This document shows positions 27,486 through 36,342 of a stretch of 64,000 nt of DNA, piece after piece (positions within the stretch are counted from its first letter, which is position 1; every line of letters begins with the position of its first letter). The notes under the pieces are model-generated. The model was not told the origin of the DNA. It worked only from the letters and a program-made list of their open reading frames with translations, and did not search any database. The stretch lies in NCBI GenBank assembly GCA_027365775.1, contig DAHXLX010000017.1, positions 26,351 through 90,350 of the forward strand, given 5' to 3'. The position numbers and the translations under genes are program-made. This DNA comes from Candidatus Saccharimonadota bacterium (lineage in GTDB: Bacteria > Patescibacteriota > Saccharimonadia > Saccharimonadales > UBA4665).

Positions 27486-28406
27486 TTATTTGTAATATGC
27501 CCTGCCATCAACCCTAACGTCAACATATTGCGTAGGTGCCTTGCCCTGTTGTTTAAGCGTTGCAATAGTTGCCAGATAAGTTCCCACCTGTTGCAGCGCA
27601 TCCGTCTGGTATAAATTAAACTTAATATAATATGGATCCCCTTGGGGATATACTTCTAACTCTTCTGCTCCTGGTACCAAATCCATCTTCGTTAGGCTTA
27701 TACCTTTAACTTTTAGTGCCTGAGCCACTGTTTGAATAAAGCGGACATCTTGTTGGGTCAATACTTGATCCCCCGAGTTTGGACGATTGGTTAGACTAGT
27801 ATTATTGACCGTAAATAGACTATCTGGTTGTGGCTTGGTTAAGGCCGCAGCCCGATCGATAATAACACCTTCCGAGTTAAGAACATAACTGCCAAAATTG
27901 GTTGCATAGATCAATTGGGGCTGTGCAAGCTGAATATATATAGTTGGTCGACTACCAATGAACGGCGCAACTACCGATACATAATTAATTTCGGGAAAGT
28001 CCTGCTTGATTGAATTCTCGATTTGATTTTGGTTAATCGTAATTTTGAAATGATTATACAGCGACTCGTTGATTGCCTTGGCGGCTGATTGCCGATATTG
28101 ATTTAATGTGTGTGGTTGGTAGTTAAATCCGGCCGGCATAATTATTTTTATATTTGCATTAGAGCCAACCCATAAGCCGGCTATAACCACCACAAAAACG
28201 ACAACCATTAATGAGAAAACAATAACCCGCTTAATAGTCGGCTTATTTTCGACGTTCTGAGACTGATTCATGCCACTAAGCGGTGCTCTACCCTGTAGGC
28301 CGATTTGCCGTTTCGAGTGGTTGGTGCGATACAACAAGTCTTCGCCCTTATTTGCTAGTCGATGCCGGTCAAGCATTGCTGGTTGCTTTTTTTTGCCTAT
28401 GTGCAC
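27486..28406 (-). CDS. ftsQ: cell division protein FtsQ/DivIB-like
   Basis: Single TM after a basic N-terminus, plausible size, and a position directly after murG in the dcw cluster. No strong sequence motif was recognised. Confidence 0.55.
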   Translation of the reverse strand: MHIGKKKQPAMLDRHRLANKGEDLLYRTNHSKRQIGLQGRAPLSGMNQSQNVENKPTIKRVIVFSLMVVVFVVVIAGLWVGSNANIKIIMPAGFNYQPHTLNQYRQSAAKAINESLYNHFKITINQNQIENSIKQDFPEINYVSVVAPFIGSRPTIYIQLAQPQLIYATNFGSYVLNSEGVIIDRAAALTKPQPDSLFTVNNTSLTNRPNSGDQVLTQQDVRFIQTVAQALKVKGISLTKMDLVPGAEELEVYPQGDPYYIKFNLYQTDALQQVGTYLATIATLKQQGKAPTQYVDVRVDGRAYYK

Positions 28407-28419
28407 AATAAATTACCCG

Positions 28420-29586
28420 TTAACTTCTGTTCTTGTCGGCAACAGACAAAATTAATTTCACGAGATCGGTTGTTGCATTAGGCTTAGAGAATTGAGCAAA
28501 TTTATTAGCAAGTTCTTCCCGGGTTTTAGGATTATCGATTAATCCGGCAATAGTATAAGCCATTCGTCGTTCGTGTTCGGCTTGGTCTTCACTTAACATA
28601 ATTATTGCATTGACATCGGCTAACGTTTGGGTGTTCTTTACGTTCCAGATAAGTTGAGGCGATGGAATTATAATACAGGCCTTATGCTGAGTTGCGAACT
28701 CGGCTAAATTGGTTGCTCCACCCCTGGCAATAATAATATCAGCAGCACCGCTATAACGATATAAGTCAGTCACATAGTCTTTGACTATGACCCTTGATCG
28801 GTCATTCGGCGACAGCCATCCGGCATATGCTTTGCTGACATCATCGGCCAAGCTTCTACCGGCAATATGGATTATTGCCATGTTTGGATACTGCTTGAGC
28901 AAAAATCGGGCATTATCAATAAAAATGTCATTAAGTTTTTTAGCACCATTTCCGCCGCCAGTCACGCAAATCACGTATTCAAACCCGGACAAACCAAGTC
29001 CTGTACGTAGCGAGTGCATAACTTCTTTACTAACCGGTTTATACTCCGCACTAATCGGAACGCCCACACAGACAGTTTTCGTTTCTGGATAAGGATAGTA
29101 TTGCACCGGCAATGCAACAGCGTGCAGTGTTGCCCAAGGCGCTATTATCCTGTTTGCCAGACTGGGAGTGCTATCTGAATCGTGAGTGATAAAAGGTATT
29201 CTTCTCAATCGGGACGACAAGGCTACAGGTACACTGACAAATCCACCGCGAGTAAACACTACATCTGGCCGTATGCGACCAAGCAGCCGCCAACTTTGCC
29301 ACAGACCAATAATGATACGAAAGCCGTCGCGAAGATTAAGATATTGAATTCTTAAGTTCAACAGCTGGCGGATTCCTTCACCATGATAGCGTCGAAATTT
29401 ACCGGCAGTAATCATATAGCTTTCGTCGATATTATGATCATTCTGGGGTATATCTATTAGACGGTCCCCGCGCAAACCTATATATACTACTTTAACGTTC
29501 GGGCGTTGTTTCTTAACCGTCGATGCGACCGCTAAGATCGGGGTGATATGCCCGCCCGACCCCCCGCCGGTGACTACTATCGTCAT
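28420..29586 (-). CDS. murG: undecaprenyldiphospho-muramoylpentapeptide beta-N-acetylglucosaminyltransferase
   Basis: MTIVVTGGGSGGHITPILAVA and a C-terminal GGATNLAEF-type motif. The start at 29586 has a GGAAGGA SD; the ORF-track start at 29634 is less likely. Confidence 0.9.
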   Translation of the reverse strand: MTIVVTGGGSGGHITPILAVASTVKKQRPNVKVVYIGLRGDRLIDIPQNDHNIDESYMITAGKFRRYHGEGIRQLLNLRIQYLNLRDGFRIIIGLWQSWRLLGRIRPDVVFTRGGFVSVPVALSSRLRRIPFITHDSDSTPSLANRIIAPWATLHAVALPVQYYPYPETKTVCVGVPISAEYKPVSKEVMHSLRTGLGLSGFEYVICVTGGGNGAKKLNDIFIDNARFLLKQYPNMAIIHIAGRSLADDVSKAYAGWLSPNDRSRVIVKDYVTDLYRYSGAADIIIARGGATNLAEFATQHKACIIIPSPQLIWNVKNTQTLADVNAIIMLSEDQAEHERRMAYTIAGLIDNPKTREELANKFAQFSKPNATTDLVKLILSVADKNRS

Positions 29587-30808
29587 CTGATCCGTTCCTT
29601 CCGTTAAACTGACTTCTAGCACCATGGTTGACAAAATAAGTGTAACGCGACACCTGATATACTAGTCCGATCGCGCCGGCAAAAAAAATTATCGACGTAC
29701 CACCGTAACTAATAAACGGTAAAGTTATGCCCTTTAATGGCAACAGACCAACCATTGCACCAATATTGATCATTGTCTGAACACTAATCCAAGTCAATAC
29801 ACCGACGACTATTAACCGGCTGAAGTCGTCAGGCGCATTAGTTGCGACACGGTTTATACGGTAAAACAGATACCCAAATACTGCCAGCAAAGCAATTGAA
29901 CCGACAAAACCGAATTTTTCCGCATAGATAGCAAATATTGAGTCATTATCTGCTTCCGGCAAATAACCATAGGCCTGAACACTGCTACCCAAGCCCAAAC
30001 CTGAAAACCCGCCGCTACCGACGGCAATTAAAGCCTGACATGCCTGATAGTCACTGCCCTGACAGTTTGATGTCGGATGCAAAAATGCCTCAAGCCTGGC
30101 GCGACGATAAGGAAAGGCAGCAATAGCCAGTGTCGTGCCCAGTAGTATGATACAACCGATTATTAATATTCGTTTAAGAGGTAATCCAGCAACAAATGCC
30201 ATGATTCCCATCATCGCAATGATTACCGCAGTAGATCCGAGATCGCTTTGTATAAACGCCACGACTACGCCGATAATCAAAATCGCAATTATCATCGGTA
30301 CCGCAGTTAACCTCACATTGCTGATCTGACTTTTTTTTATTTTGGTGGTCAGAAAATGCGCCATCCAAATCAACAATGAAAATATAACCAGCTCAACTGA
30401 TTCAAACGATAAACTACCTAAACGCACCCACCGGTGCGCCGGATAGTTAGGATTAACCGGTAATGCTATGGCTACCAAAGTAGCCAAAATACCTGCACCG
30501 ATAAGTAATTTATATGATTTCCGCCAACGTTCCATTGGTATGTTAGCAGTGACAAAAAACGCGATAATTGACAGCCCTACAGCCAATGCTTGCCGTTCGA
30601 CGAAGTAGCTACCGTTAGTTCCGGTTGTTATGGACAAAGCCGGGCTTATGGCGTAGATAACTACAAGACCCACGGCCAACAAAATAGCACATAGAACCAT
30701 GAGCCAATGATCGGGTTTATGCCTTCTGACAGTTATCGCTTCGTCCAACGCTGTATCTGATAATGTTGCCCGCTTGCGCTCCCTCAAGGCACCAGCTCGC
30801 GGCAACAT
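29513..30808 (-). CDS. ftsW: SEDS-family peptidoglycan glycosyltransferase FtsW/RodA
   Basis: About 10 TM segments, with PEADNDSIFA and LPLKGITLPFISYGGTS motifs. The 3' end overlaps murG. Confidence 0.88.
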   Translation of the reverse strand: MLPRAGALRERKRATLSDTALDEAITVRRHKPDHWLMVLCAILLAVGLVVIYAISPALSITTGTNGSYFVERQALAVGLSIIAFFVTANIPMERWRKSYKLLIGAGILATLVAIALPVNPNYPAHRWVRLGSLSFESVELVIFSLLIWMAHFLTTKIKKSQISNVRLTAVPMIIAILIIGVVVAFIQSDLGSTAVIIAMMGIMAFVAGLPLKRILIIGCIILLGTTLAIAAFPYRRARLEAFLHPTSNCQGSDYQACQALIAVGSGGFSGLGLGSSVQAYGYLPEADNDSIFAIYAEKFGFVGSIALLAVFGYLFYRINRVATNAPDDFSRLIVVGVLTWISVQTMINIGAMVGLLPLKGITLPFISYGGTSIIFFAGAIGLVYQVSRYTYFVNHGARSQFNGRNGSDDDSSHRRGVGRAYHPDLSGRIDG

Positions 30809-31851
30809 CAGCCATACCTACCGAACAGAAACACAATCAAACCGACAACCGCTGCCATTTGGCCAAGTATCCAAAAGCGCATCGTAACTTTAGTCTCCGG
30901 CCATCCCAAAGCCTCAAAATGATGATGGATGGGAGAAGATAAAAAGACTTTTTTGCCATGCCTTAACTTTCTGGATATCCGATTAACAATAACCGAGCCC
31001 GTTTCAATCACATAGACAGCGCCAATTATCGGCAGCACATAAATAGTATCGGTCTGCATGGCAATTATACCAAGAGCCATGCCAAGTGCGAATGATCCAA
31101 CGTCGCCCATAAAGAAGCGGGCGGGATAAATATTGAACCAAGTGTAACTAAGCAATGCGCCTACGGTTGCCAGACAAAAACCGGCAATATCATACTTACT
31201 CTCCACTGCGGCGATTATTGCATATGCTAGGAACGAGGAAACTAATAAGCCGCCGGCCAAACCATCCAGTCCATCAGTAATATTAACTGCGTTCGCCGTA
31301 GCGACAACGACAAACCAAAAAAGAAAAATAATACCTAAGCCTATGTCTAGATGATGAATCGCCGGTAAATAAATCGTGTGTACACCGAGCTTCTGATAAA
31401 ACCAATACCCTCCAATTAATCCAACCACGCTGTACAGCAGGAATTTAATAGTTGATCGCATTCCGGCTATCGAACTATTGATACCTTTAATGTTCATAAT
31501 ATCATCCACCAAACCGATAGCACCGGCAGCTAACATTCCGGCTAATGGCAACCAGGTCTGACTACGTTCGAGATCAGTAAAAAATGTAACCAGGGCAATC
31601 GAAATGACAAATATTATGCCGGCCATATTTGGAATGTTCCGTTTGTGTTTGGCGGCATGCAGTTTAGCATAAACCGACGCCTCCCCGCCGCCCCATGCAT
31701 CAGTCCGTGCCTTCTTCCACCACTTATATTTATAGGCAATCGTGGTATAGATCGGCGTTAAAGCCATTGATAAAATAAATGCCAAGAACCCCAATAGAAG
31801 CATGTGAACCAATACATGACTTTGAATTGCAATATGTAGAGTTCGATTCAT
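30808..31851 (-). CDS. mraY: phospho-N-acetylmuramoyl-pentapeptide transferase
   Basis: NAVNITDGLDGLAGG, FMGDVGSFALG and HHHFE motifs. Confidence 0.92.
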   Translation of the reverse strand: MNRTLHIAIQSHVLVHMLLLGFLAFILSMALTPIYTTIAYKYKWWKKARTDAWGGGEASVYAKLHAAKHKRNIPNMAGIIFVISIALVTFFTDLERSQTWLPLAGMLAAGAIGLVDDIMNIKGINSSIAGMRSTIKFLLYSVVGLIGGYWFYQKLGVHTIYLPAIHHLDIGLGIIFLFWFVVVATANAVNITDGLDGLAGGLLVSSFLAYAIIAAVESKYDIAGFCLATVGALLSYTWFNIYPARFFMGDVGSFALGMALGIIAMQTDTIYVLPIIGAVYVIETGSVIVNRISRKLRHGKKVFLSSPIHHHFEALGWPETKVTMRFWILGQMAAVVGLIVFLFGRYG

Positions 31852-31898
31852 GAATTTTTGTTTAAGTATACTCCTATAATTAAGCCATTAACAGATAA

Positions 31899-33683
31899 CT
31901 AGTTCTTAGGTATTATATATCCTTCATTTATCAACATGTGAACAATATCGGCGAATATCGGTTGTCCACCATACGAACCGGCGTAACCCGGTACATTTGG
32001 CTTGATGTTATATACAACTATGACGTATTGGGGTTTGTTCCCGCCGACAAAACCAACATATGTACCATTATATATATTCGCATAGTACCCGCCCGTAGGT
32101 TTAGCCACCTGTGCAGTACCGGTTTTACCGCCGACTATGTAGTTGCTTGGAAAATTCATGAATGAAAACCCACCATTTAAATAGGCCTTCACTACCCCCT
32201 CCATTAAAGGTTCGAGTTCTGGACCAATATTCGGCTTAACGACATTGCGCTCCAGAATTTTCGGCTTATTAACCGTTTCATGACCATTCGGGGCTATAGT
32301 TGCATCAACAAGCGTCGGTTGATAATAAGTACCGCCGTTTAAAACACTGCTTAACGCGGCTGAAAGTTGTATTGCCGTAACTGATACTCCTTGACCAAAA
32401 GCTGTATTGGCGTAACGTAAATTAATGCTCGGGTCATTTAAATTAGCCGGCGGCACATATCCCGATGCCTCATACCCCTGCTCTATACCGGTAGGCCGGC
32501 CTAACAAGAAATGATTAACCATGTAATTATGCCATGTCTGAATACCATGACCATTAATGATTGTATTGCCCTTTTGGCTCATTTGCATCAACATCCAAGT
32601 TGCACCGGTATTCAAAGATAACGCTAATATACTGGCGATGTTTTGCTCTCTAGCACCGCCATCGATTTTAATGTCATGGATATTAAACCCGTCAATAACC
32701 CAATGTGCCGGATCATAAAAAGATTCGTTGGGCGTTATGGCGCCGGTATTCAACGCTGCCGATGTGGTCAATGTCTTCATCACCGATCCGGGTTCAATAG
32801 GATAGTCGACAGCATTATTGTCAAATAGTTTTGGATTGCTGACACTGGCGTAATTCGCAGGATTATAGGTTGGATAATTAGCCATTGCTACGACATGGCC
32901 ATTATACGGGTCCATAACGACCGCACTAACACCCTGAGATTTTGTAGCTTTATATTCTCTGGCGAGAATTTGCTGTAATTGCTCTTGGATGCCTACATTT
33001 AAAGTTAGAACAATGTTTTCCCCTGGTACTGGCGGGATCTGGGTATTTTGTCTGCTTGCCGCTAACGGTACACCTCTAACGTCAGTAATTGCTTTGAGTA
33101 GACCCGGGGTTCCGGATAGCTGTTTATTTAGCGCCTGTTCCACGCCGTAGACCCCGACACCGTTATTGTTGACAAACCCCAACACCTGAGCCGCCAGATC
33201 ACCATCCGGATAAACTCGATAATATTGACCTTGCGTACCCAAACCGGGATCCTGGAGCTTGCCAATTGCATCACTTTGCGCTTGAGTCAGTTTATGAGCA
33301 ATGATTGAGTACTGCGTACCTTTAACTGTTAACTCAGGGATGTAGCTACTTGGCTTTCCGCCGATAATCCGACTTATTTGATCAGCTACTTGCTGTGGAT
33401 GTTTTATAAACGGCGGATCGGCAAATAAAGTATACAGTCTTTGGTTCAAGACTATCGGAACAATATTATTACCGTCTTTTGCCTCAATCAGCCCGCGCGT
33501 TGCCGGAATCTGGTATTGTTTGAGTTGATCATTTAGTGCAGCTTGTTTGTAGTAACTATACCTAACCACCTGCAGATAAAACAGACGCAAACCAATAACT
33601 ACGGTTATGGCTATTATTATGCCGTTCCATAATCGAATTCTACTATCAGACTTTGCCGGCGAATCGCCACTATTAATCGCCAT
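31899..33683 (-). CDS. ftsI: class B penicillin-binding protein (FtsI-type transpeptidase)
   Basis: N-terminal TM, SXXK (GSVMKT), SXN (LSLNTG) and KTG (GKTGTA) motifs. Confidence 0.88.
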   Translation of the reverse strand: MAINSGDSPAKSDSRIRLWNGIIIAITVVIGLRLFYLQVVRYSYYKQAALNDQLKQYQIPATRGLIEAKDGNNIVPIVLNQRLYTLFADPPFIKHPQQVADQISRIIGGKPSSYIPELTVKGTQYSIIAHKLTQAQSDAIGKLQDPGLGTQGQYYRVYPDGDLAAQVLGFVNNNGVGVYGVEQALNKQLSGTPGLLKAITDVRGVPLAASRQNTQIPPVPGENIVLTLNVGIQEQLQQILAREYKATKSQGVSAVVMDPYNGHVVAMANYPTYNPANYASVSNPKLFDNNAVDYPIEPGSVMKTLTTSAALNTGAITPNESFYDPAHWVIDGFNIHDIKIDGGAREQNIASILALSLNTGATWMLMQMSQKGNTIINGHGIQTWHNYMVNHFLLGRPTGIEQGYEASGYVPPANLNDPSINLRYANTAFGQGVSVTAIQLSAALSSVLNGGTYYQPTLVDATIAPNGHETVNKPKILERNVVKPNIGPELEPLMEGVVKAYLNGGFSFMNFPSNYIVGGKTGTAQVAKPTGGYYANIYNGTYVGFVGGNKPQYVIVVYNIKPNVPGYAGSYGGQPIFADIVHMLINEGYIIPKN

Positions 33684-33697
33684 ATGGCTTATTCTAA

Positions 33698-34045
33698 CTA
33701 ATTTTGCGCGGTAGCTGAAGGCGTTAATGGAACCATACTTTTAGCCACTTGGCTGTTTTGCGCCCGACTAACGGACTGCAGTTGCGCTGATGCAACCTGT
33801 AAATTTGCATATTCCGACTTAAGCTGATTCTGTTGCTGCTGCAGTGAATTTAAACTGAATCCGTATGCATTGGTTTTAGTTACCTGAGCTAAGTAAAGCA
33901 AGCCAAGCAGGCAGGCTAGAACTATTAAAATAATCGTATTACTCACTGGTCCCAAGGTCCTGGTTCGGGCTATGAAACTCACAGAGTTCCTATTCCGGCC
34001 CGAATACTGCGAACGACTGAGTGCTAATGTGCTTGAATAGGTCAT
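33698..34045 (-). CDS. ftsL: FtsL-like cell division protein
   Basis: A small bitopic protein with a TM followed by a coiled-coil (LQQQQNQLKSEYANLQVASAQL). It sits between rsmH and ftsI. Confidence 0.55.
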   Translation of the reverse strand: MTYSSTLALSRSQYSGRNRNSVSFIARTRTLGPVSNTIILIVLACLLGLLYLAQVTKTNAYGFSLNSLQQQQNQLKSEYANLQVASAQLQSVSRAQNSQVAKSMVPLTPSATAQN

Positions 34046-34175
34046 AATTATTTTCCTTTGCCCGGCTCTGCCGTATAAAGACAGAGCCGGATTTTGGCTT
34101 TAGACCACGCGAACGTGGATCTTATACGCCCGGGAGTTGCTTTTTACCTGAATAGGCATTCGCATTTCCCTTTCT

Positions 34176-35063
34176 TTATTTTTGTTTCGCGGCGGCTCGT
34201 AGTTTAGCACTTCGAGACCGCGGATTAATGGCTATTTCTTGAGGTCCAGGCGTAACTGGATGCTTGGTTAACAAAGTCAGGACGGCGTCGTATCGATCGC
34301 CCGACTCGCTAACGAAAAATTGTTTTACGATCCTGTCTTCCAAGCTATGAAAGCTTAAGACCGCTATCCTGCCACTAGGAGCCAACAATTTAAGCCAGAG
34401 CGGTAAAGCTTTACTTAGCTGCGCTAGTTCGTCATTAACGACGATCCTTATAGCCTGAAAAGTCCTAGTCGCCGGATGGTTACGGCTATACCCTGGCCAA
34501 GCGCGGCTTGCAATAGCCGCCAGTTGACCGGTTGTATTTATGGGACGGTTCCTGACTATTTGACGGGCAATCTGTCTGGCTTTCGGTTCTTCCCCGTATC
34601 GCCATAATATTTCGGCTAGATCGCTTTCGCTGGAATGATTGACGATGTCCCTGGCAGTTATTGGCTGCCGTTGGTCCATTCGCATATCCAACGGTGCATC
34701 TTCGGTAAAGCTAAAACCTCTACTAACCTCGTTAAGGTGCAGTGACGATACCCCTAGATCCGCCACAATTACGTCAAATTGACGGTGGTGTGCGAGCATA
34801 TCCTGGCTTACGCTCAAATAGTCCTGCCTTAACAGTCCTATACCTGTATGCCCGAACTTACTTTTCAGCTCGGCAATAGCTTTCTCGTCCCTGTCGACCA
34901 GAACCGACTCCTTGTAGTTGCCGGTTAATTCCAGTATCGCTTGGGCGTGTCCGCCGTAACCTGCCGTAACATCTAAGTACTTATCGCCTTTTTGGGGCGA
35001 AGTGTAGCTCAATATATCGGCAAGCATTACCGGGGCATGAATATTGTGAGGATTTTGGTGCAT
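34176..35063 (-). CDS. rsmH: 16S rRNA (cytosine1402-N4)-methyltransferase
   Basis: HAPVMLADIL, LDVTAGYGGHA, ADLGVSSLHL and SFHSLEDRIVK motifs. Confidence 0.92.
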   Translation of the reverse strand: MHQNPHNIHAPVMLADILSYTSPQKGDKYLDVTAGYGGHAQAILELTGNYKESVLVDRDEKAIAELKSKFGHTGIGLLRQDYLSVSQDMLAHHRQFDVIVADLGVSSLHLNEVSRGFSFTEDAPLDMRMDQRQPITARDIVNHSSESDLAEILWRYGEEPKARQIARQIVRNRPINTTGQLAAIASRAWPGYSRNHPATRTFQAIRIVVNDELAQLSKALPLWLKLLAPSGRIAVLSFHSLEDRIVKQFFVSESGDRYDAVLTLLTKHPVTPGPQEIAINPRSRSAKLRAAAKQK

Positions 35064-35398
35064 TTTTCTTGTTTTTGTTTTTGCAAGGTCACCTAATCAG
35101 CAGCCAACTTTTTGTTTTAAAAAGTGTTTGTTTTTGTGGTTTGTAAAAACATGTATGTAAAGAAGAATTCATGGATTTTAAAAAAATCTTTTTAACTTCT
35201 TACTGCTTTTACAAAAGATTGAGAGACTTATGTGTGAGGTGGAGTTTTGGGAGGTGTTTTGAGAAAAGAGCGAGGACCTTTTAGAGTGGTGTCCAATGAT
35301 CCACTTGTTGACTGCCGAATAGCTAACCTCGAGGTTGTATTCGGTTTTTAGTTCTCTGCGCTAATTGTTAAGGTGCATTGAGACGTAGAACCGGAAGG

Positions 35399-35761
35399 TT
35401 ATGACTTGGCCATAAGTCGCCAGTACTGGCCGGCTCGCACCGCTACAAGTTCTTTCTTTATACCCGCATAGTCCAACAAATGTTGTTCAAGGAGTATTCT
35501 TCCCTGTTTTGCATCAATCGGACCTTCTATCTTTCCTTTTCGGAATTGAACGTTGATATCAGCCGTTGCCTCATCGAGGATGTTGCCCTTCAGAGCCGGC
35601 TCAACTTCTCCGTCCCATACCTGTTTAGGGTATAGATGCAGGTATTTTTTAAAACCCGGGGTAACTACAAAGCCACTCGCGAACTCTGCTCTTAGCTCAA
35701 CCGGTATGGTTAAGCGCTTTTTGTCATCGAGCTTTCGTTCGAAGTAGTCTATTGTTGCCAT
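35399..35761 (-). CDS. mraZ: transcriptional regulator MraZ (short form, 120 aa)
   Basis: Two SpoVT/AbrB-type repeats carrying the DxxxR signature (LDDKKRLTIPVELR and IDAKQGRILLEQHL). It is the first gene of the dcw cluster. Confidence 0.85.
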   Translation of the reverse strand: MATIDYFERKLDDKKRLTIPVELRAEFASGFVVTPGFKKYLHLYPKQVWDGEVEPALKGNILDEATADINVQFRKGKIEGPIDAKQGRILLEQHLLDYAGIKKELVAVRAGQYWRLMAKS

Positions 35762-35849
35762 CCCTTTTAGCGTGCTAGTGGTTTTTTATTTTTGATAGTT
35801 AAACGCTATTTTGCCGTTTAATTATTTTAGCCACTACAGTGAATATACT

Positions 35850-35874
35850 ACCCACTGCTACCCACTGCAACCCA
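35850..35874 (-). promoter_or_regulatory. candidate MraZ operator: three TGGGT repeats at 10-bp spacing
   Basis: The minus strand reads TGGGTTGCAG-TGGGTAGCAG-TGGGTAGTATATTC. The plus-strand ACCCA copies are at 35850, 35860 and 35870. The site lies ~90-115 nt upstream of the mraZ ATG. Confidence 0.6.
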
Positions 35875-35879
35875 TTTTA

Positions 35880-35911
35880 CATAAAAAAAGTGGTGTTTTT
35901 GACACCACTTT
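35880..35911 (-). terminator. intrinsic terminator of the upstream minus-strand gene
   Basis: A perfect 10-bp stem AAAGTGGTGT/ACACCACTTT (35887-35911) is followed on the minus strand by TTTTTAT. Confidence 0.7.
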
Positions 35912-35942
35912 CCCACTATTGTCTAATTTACCAATGCCAAAA

Positions 35943-36299
35943 CTACTGCTTTGTCTGATTCTTTGTCTGATCTTTCGCTACCGGTACAGCCAACACCTGC
36001 CCATAGTGAACAATAGTACTGCCACCATTTTCAGCATCTAGATATTCGATTTCAGCATTGCGTAAAGCTGCACCCATGTATCCACCGTTGGCATACGTAG
36101 CTGCGGCATCAATCGTTGGTATTTCCGGTGAGATTACCACTTCCACTTTTGGATCGTGACTTAAGTTCGGACTCTGCTGACCAGCATTAGCCCAGGCGTA
36201 ACCGCCAGTTAACGCACCGCCTGCTAATGCCACTTTACCAATTTTGGCAAGCATTTTTGCTCGCGGGGTCCATTTAATTTCAGATTTATCCTTTTCCAT
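35943..36299 (-). CDS. hypothetical small secreted/membrane-anchored protein
   Basis: A 118-aa ORF with an N-terminal hydrophobic segment (MLAKIGKVALAGGALTGG). It has its own terminator. Confidence 0.5.
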   Translation of the reverse strand: MEKDKSEIKWTPRAKMLAKIGKVALAGGALTGGYAWANAGQQSPNLSHDPKVEVVISPEIPTIDAAATYANGGYMGAALRNAEIEYLDAENGGSTIVHYGQVLAVPVAKDQTKNQTKQ

Positions 36300-36342
36300 A
36301 GCTAAACATTACCACTTTGTTACCAGATTGTCAACTGCTTGT

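Noticed and set aside
27419-27601. A 60-aa minus-strand ORF from the track.
   Set aside because: It overlaps the 3' end of ftsQ in another frame and extends into non-coding DNA. There is no supporting signal.
35171-35284. A 37-aa Cys/Arg-rich plus-strand ORF in the mraZ-rsmH spacer.
   Set aside because: It is antisense to the operon, has no SD and has a low-complexity composition.
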